The notes under the pieces: model-generated
Told to the model about the DNA's origin: nothing
The model's database searches: none
The model's input: only the letters and a program-made list of their open reading frames with translations
Part shown: in pieces, positions 52,229-63,275 of the stretch
How the letters are laid out: each line of letters opens with the position of its first letter
Position numbering within the stretch: the first letter of the stretch is position 1
Position numbers and translations under genes: made by a program
Sequence record: OP168898.1
DNA length: 64,000 nucleotides
Source of the DNA: Escherichia phage ZCEC14
Reading direction: 5' to 3' (one strand)

Positions 52229-53646
52229 ATGGCTTTTACAGTTGATATAACTCCTAAAACACCTACTGGAGTTATAGATCAGACTCAGCAGTTTACTGCT
52301 ACACCCAGTGGTGAAACTGGAGGCGGAACTATTACCTATGCTTGGAGCGTAGATAATGCTCCCCAAGAAGGATCAGCAGCAACTTTTGATTATGTATTAA
52401 AAGGACCTGCTGGTCAAAAAACTATTAAGGTAGTTGCAACAAATACTATTCCTGATTCTGAAGCTGAAACAGCTGAAATTAGTACAACTATCACAGTTCA
52501 AAATAAGACACAAACGACTACCTTAGCCGTAACTCCTAATAGTCCTCCGGAAGGAGTAATCGGAACAGCTATTGAATTTACTGCCGCTTTAGCTTCGCAG
52601 CCACCAGGTGCATCTGCTACGTATCAATGGTACGTTGACGGTTCTCCTGTGGGCGAAGCAACTTCTGCTACATTCAATTACACTCCTGCCGAAAGCGGGG
52701 TAAAAAGAATTAAGTGTGTGGCTCAAGTAACCGCAACAGATTATGATGCAAAAGAAGTTACTTCTAATGAAGTGTCACTGACTGTTAATAAAAAGACACA
52801 GACAACTACTTTGGCAGTAACTCCTGATAGTCCTTCAGCTGGAGTAATTGGAACCCAGTTCAATTTACTGCTGCCTTAGCTTCTCAACCAGTTGGAGCGT
52901 CTGCTACGTATCAGTGGTATGTAGATGATTCACAAGTTGGTGGAGAAACTAACTCTACATTTAACTATACTCCAACTACAAGTGGAGTAAAAAGAATTAA
53001 ATGCGTAGCCCAAGTAACTGCTGAAAATTACAATGAAAAGGAAGTTACTTCGAATGAAGTATCATTAACGGTTAATAAGAAGTCAATGAATCCACAGGTT
53101 ACATTGACTCCTCCTTCTATTAACGTGCAGCAAGATGCTTCGGCTACATTTACAGCTAATGTTACTGGTGCACCAGAAGAAGCACAAATTACTTATTCAT
53201 GGAAGAAAGATTCTTCTCCTGTAGAAGGGTCAACTAACGTATATACTGTTGATACCTCATCTATTGGAAGTCAAACTATTGAAGTTACTGCAACTGTTAC
53301 TGCGGCTGATTATGATAGCAAAACTATTATAGCAGAAGGTCAAGTTCAGGTAACTGATAAAGTTGCTCCGGAACCAGAAGGTGAATTACCTTATGTTCAT
53401 CCTCTTCCACACCGTAGCTCAGCTTACATCTGGTGTGGTTGGTGGGTTATGGATGAAATCCAAAAAATGACTGAAGAAGGTAAAGATTGGAAAACTGAAG
53501 ATCCAGATAGTAAATACTACCTGCATCGTTACACTCTTCAGAAGATGATGCAAGATTATCCAGAAGTTGATGTTCAAGAATCACGTAATGGATACATCAT
53601 TCATAAAACTGCTTTAGAAACTGGTATCATCTATACCTATCCATAA
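52229..53646 (+). pseudogene. hoc: hoc (outer capsid Ig-domain protein) with duplicated Ig domain, interrupted by a 1-nt frameshift
   Basis: ORF 52229-52879 ends at TAG; the -1 frame is open from 52831 to 53646 and continues the Ig repeat and the C-terminal capsid-binding region; shift coincides with CCC at 52854-52856. Confidence 0.7.
52505..53080 (+). repeat. tandem direct repeat, 2 x ~288 bp, encoding Ig-like domains of hoc
   Basis: unit 1 ~52505-52792 and unit 2 ~52793-53080 are near-identical (AAGACACA..ACTACCTTAGCCGTAACTCCT...); unit 2 is 1 nt shorter. Confidence 0.85.
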
Positions 53647-53650
53647 TCAT

Positions 53651-53676
53651 AAGGGGCTTCGGCCCCTTTCTTCATT
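53651..53676 (+). terminator. rho-independent terminator after hoc
   Basis: AAGGGGC-TTCG-GCCCCTT followed by a T-rich tract. Confidence 0.65.
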
Positions 53677-53735
53677 TTGAAAGCACGCAAAACACAATCA
53701 GAAAATGATGTATATAATGGCACCAACTCGATAAC

Positions 53736-53951
53736 ATGAGATTGATTATGAGAACTGAGGTTGTGGTGTTTACTCTTCATGAGTCTGGAAAGTCATTCAT
53801 TGAAATTGCTCGTGAATTAAATTTACAGGCGAAAGAAGTGGCTGTATTATGGGCTCGAGCTATGACTGCTAAGAATAAATTTGAGACTCGAGAAAAAATT
53901 GTCTATAGAAAAAGACATATTAATAAAAAGGTGAAAAATGGAACAGTATGA
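53736..53951 (+). CDS. small helix-turn-helix protein, 71 aa
   Basis: ATG ORF; predicted HTH SGKSFIEIARELNLQAKEVAVLWARAM. Confidence 0.45.
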   Translation: MRLIMRTEVVVFTLHESGKSFIEIARELNLQAKEVAVLWARAMTAKNKFETREKIVYRKRHINKKVKNGTV

Positions 53952-54216
53952 TCTTTATGAAAACGAATCTTTTGCCAATCAATTACGCGAAAAAGCACTA
54001 AAAAGTAAACAGTTTAAACTAGAGTGTTTTATTAAAGATTTTTCAGAACTTGCTAATAAAGCAGCTGAACAAGGTAAAACATATTTTAGTTATTATTGTA
54101 CTGCTCGTGATAAATTGATTACTGAAGAAATTGGTGATTGGCTGAGAAAAGAAGGATTTAGCTTTAAAGTCAATAGTGACCAGCGTGATGGTGATTGGTT
54201 AGAAATTACATTTTGA
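53938..54216 (+). CDS. hypothetical protein, 92 aa
   Basis: track ORF overlapping the upstream stop. Confidence 0.45.
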   Translation: MEQYDLYENESFANQLREKALKSKQFKLECFIKDFSELANKAAEQGKTYFSYYCTARDKLITEEIGDWLRKEGFSFKVNSDQRDGDWLEITF

Positions 54217-54225
54217 GGATTAATT

Positions 54226-55230
54226 ATGTTTAAAAAGTATAGCAGTCTTGAAAATCATTACAACTCTAAATTTATTGAAAAACTTTATAGCTTGGGATTG
54301 ACTGGTGGGGAGTGGGTAGCTCGTGAAAAGATTCACGGCACAAATTTCTCGTTGATTATTGAGCGTGATAAAGTGACTTGCGCTAAACGTACTGGACCGA
54401 TTCTTCCTGCTGAAGATTTCTTTGGGTATGAAATTATTCTAAAGAATTACGCTGATTCCATTAAAGCAGTACAAGATATTATGGAAACTTCAGCAGTTGT
54501 ATCTTATCAAGTCTTTGGTGAATTCGCCGGACCTGGCATTCAGAAGAATGTTGATTATGGCGATAAAGATTTTTATGTATTTGACATTATTGTTACTACA
54601 GAAAGTGGTGATGTGACTTATGTTGATGATTATATGATGGAATCATTCTGTAATACATTTAAATTTAAAATGGCTCCACTTTTAGGTCGCGGTAAATTTG
54701 AAGAGCTTATTAAATTGCCAAACGATTTAGATTCTGTCGTCCAGGATTATAATTTTACGGTAGACCATGCTGGATTAGTTGATGCAAATAAATGCGTTTG
54801 GAATGCTGAAGCAAAAGGCGAAGTATTTACCGCTGAAGGATATGTATTGAAACCTTGCTATCCTTCTTGGATGCCTAATGGCAATCGTGTAGCTATCAAA
54901 TGCAAGAACTCTAAATTTAGTGAAAAGAAAAAGTCTGATAAGCCTATTAAAGCTAAAGTTGAACTGTCAGAAGCTGATAACAAATTGGTGGGAATTTTAG
55001 CTTGTTACGTTACACTGAACCGAGTAAATAACGTTATTTCTAAAATTGGCGAAATTGGTCCAAAGGATTTTGGAAAGGTGATGGGACTAACTGTTCAAGA
55101 TATTTTAGAAGAAACTTCTCGTGAAGGTATTACTCTAACTCAAGCAGATAATCCTTCTTTGATTAAAAAGGAATTAGTTAAAATGGTGCAAGATGTACTT
55201 CGTCCAGCTTGGATTGAGTTGGTGAGCTAA
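54226..55230 (+). CDS. rnlB: RNA ligase 2
   Basis: 334-aa ORF (T4 length); nucleotidyl-transferase motif I KIHGTN. Confidence 0.9.
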   Translation: MFKKYSSLENHYNSKFIEKLYSLGLTGGEWVAREKIHGTNFSLIIERDKVTCAKRTGPILPAEDFFGYEIILKNYADSIKAVQDIMETSAVVSYQVFGEFAGPGIQKNVDYGDKDFYVFDIIVTTESGDVTYVDDYMMESFCNTFKFKMAPLLGRGKFEELIKLPNDLDSVVQDYNFTVDHAGLVDANKCVWNAEAKGEVFTAEGYVLKPCYPSWMPNGNRVAIKCKNSKFSEKKKSDKPIKAKVELSEADNKLVGILACYVTLNRVNNVISKIGEIGPKDFGKVMGLTVQDILEETSREGITLTQADNPSLIKKELVKMVQDVLRPAWIELVS

Positions 55231-55232
55231 AT

Positions 55233-55258
55233 AAAAAGGGACCTTTCGGTCCCTTTGT
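55233..55258. terminator. bidirectional hairpin terminator between convergent rnlB and gene 24
   Basis: AAAAAGGGACC-TTTC-GGTCCCTTT. Confidence 0.6.
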
Positions 55259-55259
55259 T

Positions 55260-56543
55260 TTATTCATCAATAATAATTTTTGGTAATTTAACACCTAATA
55301 AAACAGACAAATCTGAACGACCCGCCATTTTATCCATGTCTCCACCATCAATTATTCTTGCTTCTTTTTCATCTTTTGCTACGGTATAAGGATTTGCTGA
55401 TAAAGCATATCTAACTAATAAACCGATAGATGGTTGTAAGCTTTCTGGATCAACTACAACTTTAAATGCACCTACATGTTCAGGGTCATCTAAGTCAAGA
55501 CCTTCTGTATACGGAGCATAGAAAATTGATCCAACAATTTCTTTTTCGCCAATATTTTCTACCACACCAACGATTACATAATCTAATGGGCTGTTAGTAT
55601 CGCAATAAAGCGGTAAACCATTAGCTAAGAACCCATAGGCATTTTGTGAAAGATATTTATCATCTTCTGGTTTATGTTTTAACCAACCTGATGCAGCAAG
55701 AATCGCGGCGGCACGAGCTGAAGCAACACAGAACGTTGCTGTATAAGTTGATTCTTTTTGGATATGCGAAACCATTTCACACACCATTCGATATAATGAA
55801 CGACCAGCTTCAGGGGCAGATGCATAACTCAAATCAATGAATCCAGTATCAGTAATTCCTGTAACTTTATAGCGTTTTGACACTGTAATCAAAGACTGCA
55901 GAATATCTTTATTGATTTCATCTGCCATTTCAGTTGCAAGCAAATCTTCCAAGAAATTAGGAGCATCGAATCCATTTGCTTCTAAATCTTGTGCTAATTC
56001 GACTGTGATGCCAGTTTTAAGTTTACGAGATTTAACTGCGGTTTGCCATTTATTAATCTGGAATCTAGCATCCGCAATTTCACTATCAGAGCTTTCAAAT
56101 TTGCTTGTTACTGCAGCATCAGAAAATAGACGAACTTTTAAAAGAACAATTGCAATCTGAAGAGCTAATTCTAAATCGCTTTCTTCAATATCAGCAAATG
56201 GTGTATCTTCTAATACTTTATAAACGATATTATTATATTTGAATAAATCGCCTTTATTGAGAGTTAATTTAGACTCTTCTGTTAATTCTGTGATTTGTTC
56301 TCGGTCTACATATCCAGCTTCGCCAGCATAAGTAGCACCAGTTTTAAATGTAAATTCGTTGTCTGGGTTAAGGTATTTGATACCATAAAAAGCAGCAACA
56401 GGTTGATTAGTTCTTTGCGTTGCTACAATGTCAGAATATATTAATTTAGTGGTAGCGCGAGTCAAAGCAACGAGATTTGGGCGACCGATTGAGTTGCTAT
56501 TCGTTGTGGTTGATTCGCGCAGAAGTTCGTTGATTTTAGCCAT
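55260..56543 (-). CDS. 24: gp24 head vertex protein
   Basis: 427-aa ORF, T4 length; synteny next to gene 23. Confidence 0.9.
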   Translation of the reverse strand: MAKINELLRESTTTNSNSIGRPNLVALTRATTKLIYSDIVATQRTNQPVAAFYGIKYLNPDNEFTFKTGATYAGEAGYVDREQITELTEESKLTLNKGDLFKYNNIVYKVLEDTPFADIEESDLELALQIAIVLLKVRLFSDAAVTSKFESSDSEIADARFQINKWQTAVKSRKLKTGITVELAQDLEANGFDAPNFLEDLLATEMADEINKDILQSLITVSKRYKVTGITDTGFIDLSYASAPEAGRSLYRMVCEMVSHIQKESTYTATFCVASARAAAILAASGWLKHKPEDDKYLSQNAYGFLANGLPLYCDTNSPLDYVIVGVVENIGEKEIVGSIFYAPYTEGLDLDDPEHVGAFKVVVDPESLQPSIGLLVRYALSANPYTVAKDEKEARIIDGGDMDKMAGRSDLSVLLGVKLPKIIIDE

Positions 56544-56570
56544 TGCGCTTTCCTTTTGGTTTATATGATT

Positions 56571-56578
56571 TATTTATA
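56571..56578 (-). promoter_or_regulatory. late promoter (TATAAATA) for gene 24
   Basis: TATAAATA on the - strand 28 nt upstream of the gene 24 ATG. Confidence 0.6.
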
Positions 56579-56595
56579 CCATAAAAACAACTAAA

Positions 56596-56611
56596 GGGAC
56601 CCGAAGGTCCC
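56596..56611 (-). terminator. hairpin after gene 23
   Basis: GGGACC-UUCG-GGUCCC on the - strand transcript, 16 nt after the gene 23 stop. Confidence 0.55.
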
Positions 56612-56626
56612 TTAAATCGTCAAAGA

Positions 56627-58192
56627 TTAGATACCTTTAACATATACACGGCGGAAGTAAGCGTTTTTACCAAGGCTATTCAGAATAGAAGGCATACCGC
56701 TCTGGATGCGAGAAGCCGGAGCCTGAGCAGCGGATTCTGCAAATGGGTTGATACCGATACCGTAACGAGTTTTGAATCCCATTACCGGTTGGAAGTTCTT
56801 CGGATCGGAACCACGCAGCGGAGTCAGAGCTACATATGGAGCATAGTAAATACCAGCATCCATTTCATTCGGACCTTTATAACCTACAGTGAAATAATCC
56901 TGTTTAGCATACTGGTCGATATATACACGGTATTTACCACCCAGAACACCAGCAAATACTGACTTGGTAGTATCAGTGTTAAAGCCAGTAGCCAGACCCT
57001 GTGCAGCATAAGAAATGCCAGTATCAACTGAAGCCAGAACGTTAACTACGTTACGGGAAGCGATAATGAAGTTACCTTCGCCACGACCGGTCTGACGAGC
57101 AATTTCAACTGCTTCTTTGTCAATCTGGAACAACAGAGCTTTAAAGGATTCACCTGCCCAGCGAGCACCACGAATATCGATTGGGTCCTGGAAGTCAAAT
57201 ACACCAGCTTTAGAACCCGGAGTCAGGGTCATACCAGATTTACCAACCTGAGCTGAGTAGTTAATCCAATCAACAACTTCACGGTTGATTTCCAGCATAA
57301 TTTCTGTAGCCAGAATACCAGACAGTTCAGCATCAGCATCCATACCGTGAACAGCGCGGAGGTCTTGTGCTAATTCGATAGAGTAAGCAGCTTTCAGCTG
57401 GCGAGATTTAGCTTCGATAACTTGTTTATCGATACGGAAGCCCATTTCATTCCATGGGTTATCGGTAGAACCATTGAAACCTTCCTGGAGTTCAGCGATA
57501 GAAGTAGCCATACCTTCAGCGATTTCTACTAGTGCACCAGCTTCCATTTGTTTCTTAACTTCGGCATCTAATTTAGCAGCATCAGTCGCGCTAGAACCAA
57601 GTGTTACGACAGCAGAAGCTTGCAGATATACGGTACCAGTTTCCTGGAAGAAGTGAGAATAAATGTCACCTACTACTGTAGTGGTATTAGCAGCCAGAGC
57701 TGGGAATTTCTTAGCAGCACCCTGACCAGAGAACATTGCATCTGGACCATACATTGGGTGGAATGCTTCTTTAGCACCGGCAGCCACCGGATCTTTACCA
57801 TATACTGCACGCAGTGCGAATACCTGGCCAGTCGGGCTGTTCATCGGCTGAACACCGCAAATATCGAAAGCAATCAGGTTAGGAATAGCACGACGTACCA
57901 TACCCATAACAGCTGGGCCAATCTGAGTTACTGCGCCAGAAGTCTGACCTGCAGCGATGTTGGTAGCATTGTAACCGTGGTCACCGCCGATTTCAGCTTC
58001 TGTTAAGAAAGAACCGAATGCCTGAGCAATTTTTTCGTCTTTATATTCCGGAGCTGTCTGGAAATCTTTTTCCTGGTTTTCAAAGATTTTAGCGATAATC
58101 GCTTGTTTGCTATTAGCAATTTCCGGTAAACCTTCACCTTCCAGTAATGGCTTCCATTTGTTCAAAAGTTCAGCTTTAGTTTTGATAGTCAT
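56627..58192 (-). CDS. 23: gp23 major capsid protein
   Basis: 521-aa ORF matching recalled T4 gp23 (MTIKTKAELLNKWKPLLEGEG...). Confidence 0.95.
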   Translation of the reverse strand: MTIKTKAELLNKWKPLLEGEGLPEIANSKQAIIAKIFENQEKDFQTAPEYKDEKIAQAFGSFLTEAEIGGDHGYNATNIAAGQTSGAVTQIGPAVMGMVRRAIPNLIAFDICGVQPMNSPTGQVFALRAVYGKDPVAAGAKEAFHPMYGPDAMFSGQGAAKKFPALAANTTTVVGDIYSHFFQETGTVYLQASAVVTLGSSATDAAKLDAEVKKQMEAGALVEIAEGMATSIAELQEGFNGSTDNPWNEMGFRIDKQVIEAKSRQLKAAYSIELAQDLRAVHGMDADAELSGILATEIMLEINREVVDWINYSAQVGKSGMTLTPGSKAGVFDFQDPIDIRGARWAGESFKALLFQIDKEAVEIARQTGRGEGNFIIASRNVVNVLASVDTGISYAAQGLATGFNTDTTKSVFAGVLGGKYRVYIDQYAKQDYFTVGYKGPNEMDAGIYYAPYVALTPLRGSDPKNFQPVMGFKTRYGIGINPFAESAAQAPASRIQSGMPSILNSLGKNAYFRRVYVKGI

Positions 58193-58210
58193 TTGTGTTA
58201 ACCTTTAAAA

Positions 58211-59020
58211 TTAGAAACGAGATGCGACTTTCGCATATACACTTACAATATCTTCTGCACCCTGTGCAGCTTTATCTTCTACAGCTTCAGTGACGAAATT
58301 CAGTCCGGCTGCTTCAGTATCAGGAGTATTTATACCCTCAGTAATAGTGCTTTCATCTTTATTAGACTTCTTCACCATTTCTACGATGGCACTCAATTTA
58401 CTTGAGAATTCATCTGAATAATCCATACCTTCGACCAGAGCAGAGACTTTTTCTTTTTGAGACTCAGTCAGATCTTTAGTACTTTCGCTCAATGCCACTT
58501 CACGCTGCACATAATTGATATATGCGTCGCGCATATTGAGTTCTTCGAACAGACGAGCTGATTCTTCTTTATGTTCTTGCAGCTCTTCTTCCATTTCAGC
58601 TACAACATCAACTGATTCTTCTGGAACAACAACGTTGTGTTCAACAAAGAGCTCTTTTAATCCACCAAGCATGGATTCAAACAGTTCGGCTTTGATACCT
58701 TTATCAACTGCTAATTTATTTTCAGCTAGCCATTCTTTCGCAAGATGGTCAATGAATTTAGAAGCTTGCTCAGCGATTTTCTTCTCAGCTTTTTCTTCGG
58801 CTTCTTCTTTATTTTTTTCTACTTCTTCTTCTGCTTTTTCAGCAATTTTAGCGATATGAGATTCAGCTAATTTAACGGCGTGCTGCTTGACGGTAGCTTC
58901 GAATACAGTGCCGAAAGTTTCTTTTGCTTCCGGAGAAATATTAACTGATTCGAAAATACTATCAAGAGCAACGGAAGCATCAATTTTCTGCGCTTCGGCA
59001 ATCAGTTGTTCTTTAAGCAT
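58211..59020 (-). CDS. 22: gp22 prohead core scaffold protein
   Basis: 269-aa acidic, helical ORF, T4 length; synteny. Confidence 0.9.
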   Translation of the reverse strand: MLKEQLIAEAQKIDASVALDSIFESVNISPEAKETFGTVFEATVKQHAVKLAESHIAKIAEKAEEEVEKNKEEAEEKAEKKIAEQASKFIDHLAKEWLAENKLAVDKGIKAELFESMLGGLKELFVEHNVVVPEESVDVVAEMEEELQEHKEESARLFEELNMRDAYINYVQREVALSESTKDLTESQKEKVSALVEGMDYSDEFSSKLSAIVEMVKKSNKDESTITEGINTPDTEAAGLNFVTEAVEDKAAQGAEDIVSVYAKVASRF

Positions 59021-59050
59021 TTTGTAGTCCTGTTGTTTAGATAATAATAT

Positions 59051-59689
59051 TTATAACGCTTTTTTCATGGCCTCTGCGAGAGCCATATAGGCGTCATCGG
59101 CACTTGTATCGGCTTCCGCCGTCTGTGATTCGGTAATTTCCTTAGGAGTTACCCATGCATCTGGAGCACTTGGACCCCATACTGCATCAACACCTACAGT
59201 TAATTTGAATCCTTCGTTTACGATACGATAACCTTTATTTGTGTCAGTCAATGAACCTAATCCACGAGAAGAAACTCCTGGAATCCATCCGGCACGAATA
59301 TTAGCTGCTAATTTATCTCCAGGACCATGGTCACCTTCAATAACACGAGCTCGTCCGTATACGTCATTTCCTTTCCACCACATATCTTCTATAATGATAG
59401 CGGCTTGCATTGGGTCAACATTAGCGCGTGGAGGATGATTTAATTCTCCGAGAGCTTGTTTAGTTAAAACTTGCTCATTAATATAGTCTTTTACCGCTTT
59501 TTCTAATATACGTTTTGGATAAAGACGTTTATTTCTATTGACGACTTCCGCTTGCATGAATATTCCTTCGATGTATAAACCCGGTTTTAAACCTAAGTCT
59601 TTTCCATCATGGGATTCAAGCATTGGCACGCCATCAATAATTTCGCCAGGTTGACCCCAAGTTTCAATTAGTAATTGGGGTTCATTCAT
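59051..59689 (-). CDS. 21: gp21 prohead core protease
   Basis: 212-aa ORF, T4 length; synteny. Confidence 0.9.
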   Translation of the reverse strand: MNEPQLLIETWGQPGEIIDGVPMLESHDGKDLGLKPGLYIEGIFMQAEVVNRNKRLYPKRILEKAVKDYINEQVLTKQALGELNHPPRANVDPMQAAIIIEDMWWKGNDVYGRARVIEGDHGPGDKLAANIRAGWIPGVSSRGLGSLTDTNKGYRIVNEGFKLTVGVDAVWGPSAPDAWVTPKEITESQTAEADTSADDAYMALAEAMKKAL

Positions 59690-60114
59690 TAGCTTAATCC
59701 TAATGCTTTACGGCGTTTAAGAGCTTTTTTACGCTTACGCTGAGCACGAGATTGACCTGCTGGATTGGCAATCTTCGTTTTGGTAGCTTTACGAGCAATT
59801 TGTCTACGTTTTGCTTTAGAAAGCCCAGTGGTTTGAAATGCATTACGTTCACGCGTTTTGCGGTCTTTAGTACGAGTAATTTCACCACGGGCGGAAACAT
59901 GTTTAACGATGAATTCATTTAACGGCATATTTTCATTAATAGAAGCTAATGCAACCGCTAAATCAGTTTCATTATCAAGCATATTCTCGACAATTGTATT
60001 TATATCGTCTTTATTTAAAGCAGAAGACAATTCGTCAAAGCGACCCTGTGCTTCAGGAATAAGTGCTTCGACATTCTCGAGAACTAATTCATGAGTTTCA
60101 GGGATCAGAAGCAT
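59689..60114 (-). CDS. 68: gp68 prohead core protein
   Basis: 141-aa ORF, T4 length; synteny. Confidence 0.85.
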   Translation of the reverse strand: MLLIPETHELVLENVEALIPEAQGRFDELSSALNKDDINTIVENMLDNETDLAVALASINENMPLNEFIVKHVSARGEITRTKDRKTRERNAFQTTGLSKAKRRQIARKATKTKIANPAGQSRAQRKRKKALKRRKALGLS

Positions 60115-60361
60115 TATTCATCATCCTCGTCTTCGTCATCTTCATCAGAGTCTTTGTCTTTTTTGTCGTCTTTATCATCACTATCTTCGTCTTCGTCATC
60201 ATCCTCGTCTTCAGGTTCTTCACCTTCGATTAAGAAATTACGAGCGATAGCGATTTTTTCTTCTTTAATTAAATCAATCGTTCTTGCAGCCATGGCTTCA
60301 GCAAATAATTTACGAGCGGCTACGAGGTCGTTTGATTTAATAGCTTCAATTAAACCTTCCA

Positions 60362-60362
<1 letters not shown>
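60114..60362 (-). CDS. 67: gp67 prohead core protein
   Basis: 82-aa ORF with poly-Asp/Glu C-terminus; synteny. Confidence 0.85.
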
Positions 60363-61987
<1,625 letters not shown>

Positions 61988-61996
61988 TTAAGCAGG

Positions 61997-62014
61997 ATGG
62001 GGATTTCTCCCCAT
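61997..62014 (-). terminator. hairpin after gene 19
   Basis: ATGGGGA-GAAA-TCCCCAT on the - strand transcript, just after the gene 19 stop. Confidence 0.5.
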
Positions 62015-62019
62015 TCATT

Positions 62020-62511
62020 TTATTCCCAATAATCGAGAGCAAGAGTTACTTCAAAGGTTTGGATTTCATTGTTTGAATCCCAATCTAATTGAAGTTCACC
62101 CACGTTAGTAGGCCACAGACCTTTAATTTCAATTTCTTTTGTTACTGTTTTAGCGTCACGAGCATATTGACGAACGATAGCGCTCTTTTTATACTCTGCA
62201 GGTTTTCCACCAGTAATTTCGTTTCCTTGCCCCGCAGCAATGCTTTGCCAATCAACAAACTTCTGGCGAGCATCATGTGCCTCATCGTTCATTACTGTAA
62301 CAGTCCAGTCATCGAATGTACGATCGCCTGCTACGTTAATTTTACGATTCATAAATCCGACTGGAATTTTTTCTACAATACCAGCTGGTAGAGCAGTAGC
62401 TTTACATTGGAATGTAAAATTTTGTCCAAGATAAGAAATTTCTACTTGGAATAAGTTAGGTCGAGCAAAATCACCAGATTCAAACGCTCGTGTTACATCA
62501 TCTACAAACAT
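62020..62511 (-). CDS. 19: gp19 tail tube protein
   Basis: 163-aa ORF, T4 length; synteny. Confidence 0.9.
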   Translation of the reverse strand: MFVDDVTRAFESGDFARPNLFQVEISYLGQNFTFQCKATALPAGIVEKIPVGFMNRKINVAGDRTFDDWTVTVMNDEAHDARQKFVDWQSIAAGQGNEITGGKPAEYKKSAIVRQYARDAKTVTKEIEIKGLWPTNVGELQLDWDSNNEIQTFEVTLALDYWE

Positions 62512-62525
62512 ATTAGCCTCTGTAG

Positions 62526-62533
62526 TATTTATA
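62526..62533 (-). promoter_or_regulatory. late promoter (TATAAATA) for gene 19
   Basis: TATAAATA-CTACAG-AGGCTAAT-ATG on the - strand. Confidence 0.6.
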
Positions 62534-62584
62534 TCCCTATGTTTAACCTAGGGCATATAGAATTAAAGAATTAAGGATATAGTG

Positions 62585-62592
62585 TATTTATA
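62585..62592 (-). promoter_or_regulatory. second TATAAATA late promoter, directly after the HNH gene
   Basis: TATAAATA on the - strand right after the hairpin at 62594-62611. Confidence 0.5.
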
Positions 62593-62618
62593 TGGCCTGC
62601 CGAAACAGGCCTTTAGAA

Positions 62619-63269
62619 TCATTCTAGTAAATCCCAAAGATCTACACTATTTCTTTTTGATTTTTCTCGGTTAGATTCCCAAGTGATTATTTCTAAATTA
62701 TTAATACCGCCAATTATTTCAGCAGGAATTAAATTATCAAAACCGTATTTGATAGATACCTTATGATCAAGTTGGTAAGCACCTTTTGTACCGCACACTC
62801 CTATTTTATCAGCATTTGGCCATTTTGACCAAATTTTCTTATGCTTACGAGTTTCTTTATATACCAATGAAATATATTCACGCATTTCAGATTTATTTGG
62901 GTTCCATCTTGGATGATTTACGCCATGCATACATTCTACTGTTTTTCCTTTATTCGCGGAACCATATGAATTATTGCGCATTTTATCTTTATGACGGCAA
63001 TCACGACAAATATCAGTGTTTCTTCCAATGCGTTGGTTATATTCAATTCCACATTTATCGCAACGGCATTTTACATACGCGGTACTACCTTTAATGTCTT
63101 CAACTTTAACATCAATTTCATAATACCTAAATCCATGTTTAACCGCTCCAAGAGGTGTTAATTTATAACCCTTTGATTGATAATGTTTAAAATTTGATGG
63201 TACAATTTTCACTTTAACAAACTTAGAAATAATCACTTGTTTCCTCGAGAATAGGGGCCGAAGCCCCAT
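62619..63269 (-). CDS. HNH endonuclease, 216 aa
   Basis: ATG at 63269 (track start 63275 is TTG); zinc-finger-like CRCDKCG...CRDCRH and HNH motif YQLDHKVSIKYGFDN...NLEIITWESN. Confidence 0.75.
   Translation of the reverse strand: MGLRPLFSRKQVIISKFVKVKIVPSNFKHYQSKGYKLTPLGAVKHGFRYYEIDVKVEDIKGSTAYVKCRCDKCGIEYNQRIGRNTDICRDCRHKDKMRNNSYGSANKGKTVECMHGVNHPRWNPNKSEMREYISLVYKETRKHKKIWSKWPNADKIGVCGTKGAYQLDHKVSIKYGFDNLIPAEIIGGINNLEIITWESNREKSKRNSVDLWDLLE
63254..63267 (-). promoter_or_regulatory. GC hairpin overlapping the HNH start codon
   Basis: - strand RNA GGGGC-UUCG-GCCCC directly after the gene 18 stop; includes the first two nt of the HNH ATG. Confidence 0.5.
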
Positions 63270-63275
63270 AATCAA

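Larger units (their letters stand above)
62594..63275 (-). mobile_element. free-standing HNH homing-endonuclease gene cassette inserted between genes 18 and 19
   Basis: HNH ORF with flanking hairpins and a duplicated late promoter; T4 has genes 18 and 19 adjacent, to my recollection. Confidence 0.6.

Noticed and set aside
52855-52880. Possible programmed -1 ribosomal frameshift joining the two hoc ORFs
   Set aside because: No slippery heptamer or downstream pseudoknot; the shift coincides with a C-run, more consistent with a 1-nt deletion or sequencing error.
52505-53080. Tandem repeats considered as a possible CRISPR-like or satellite array
   Set aside because: Only two units of ~288 bp, no short spacer/repeat periodicity, and both units are in-frame coding sequence for Ig-like domains.
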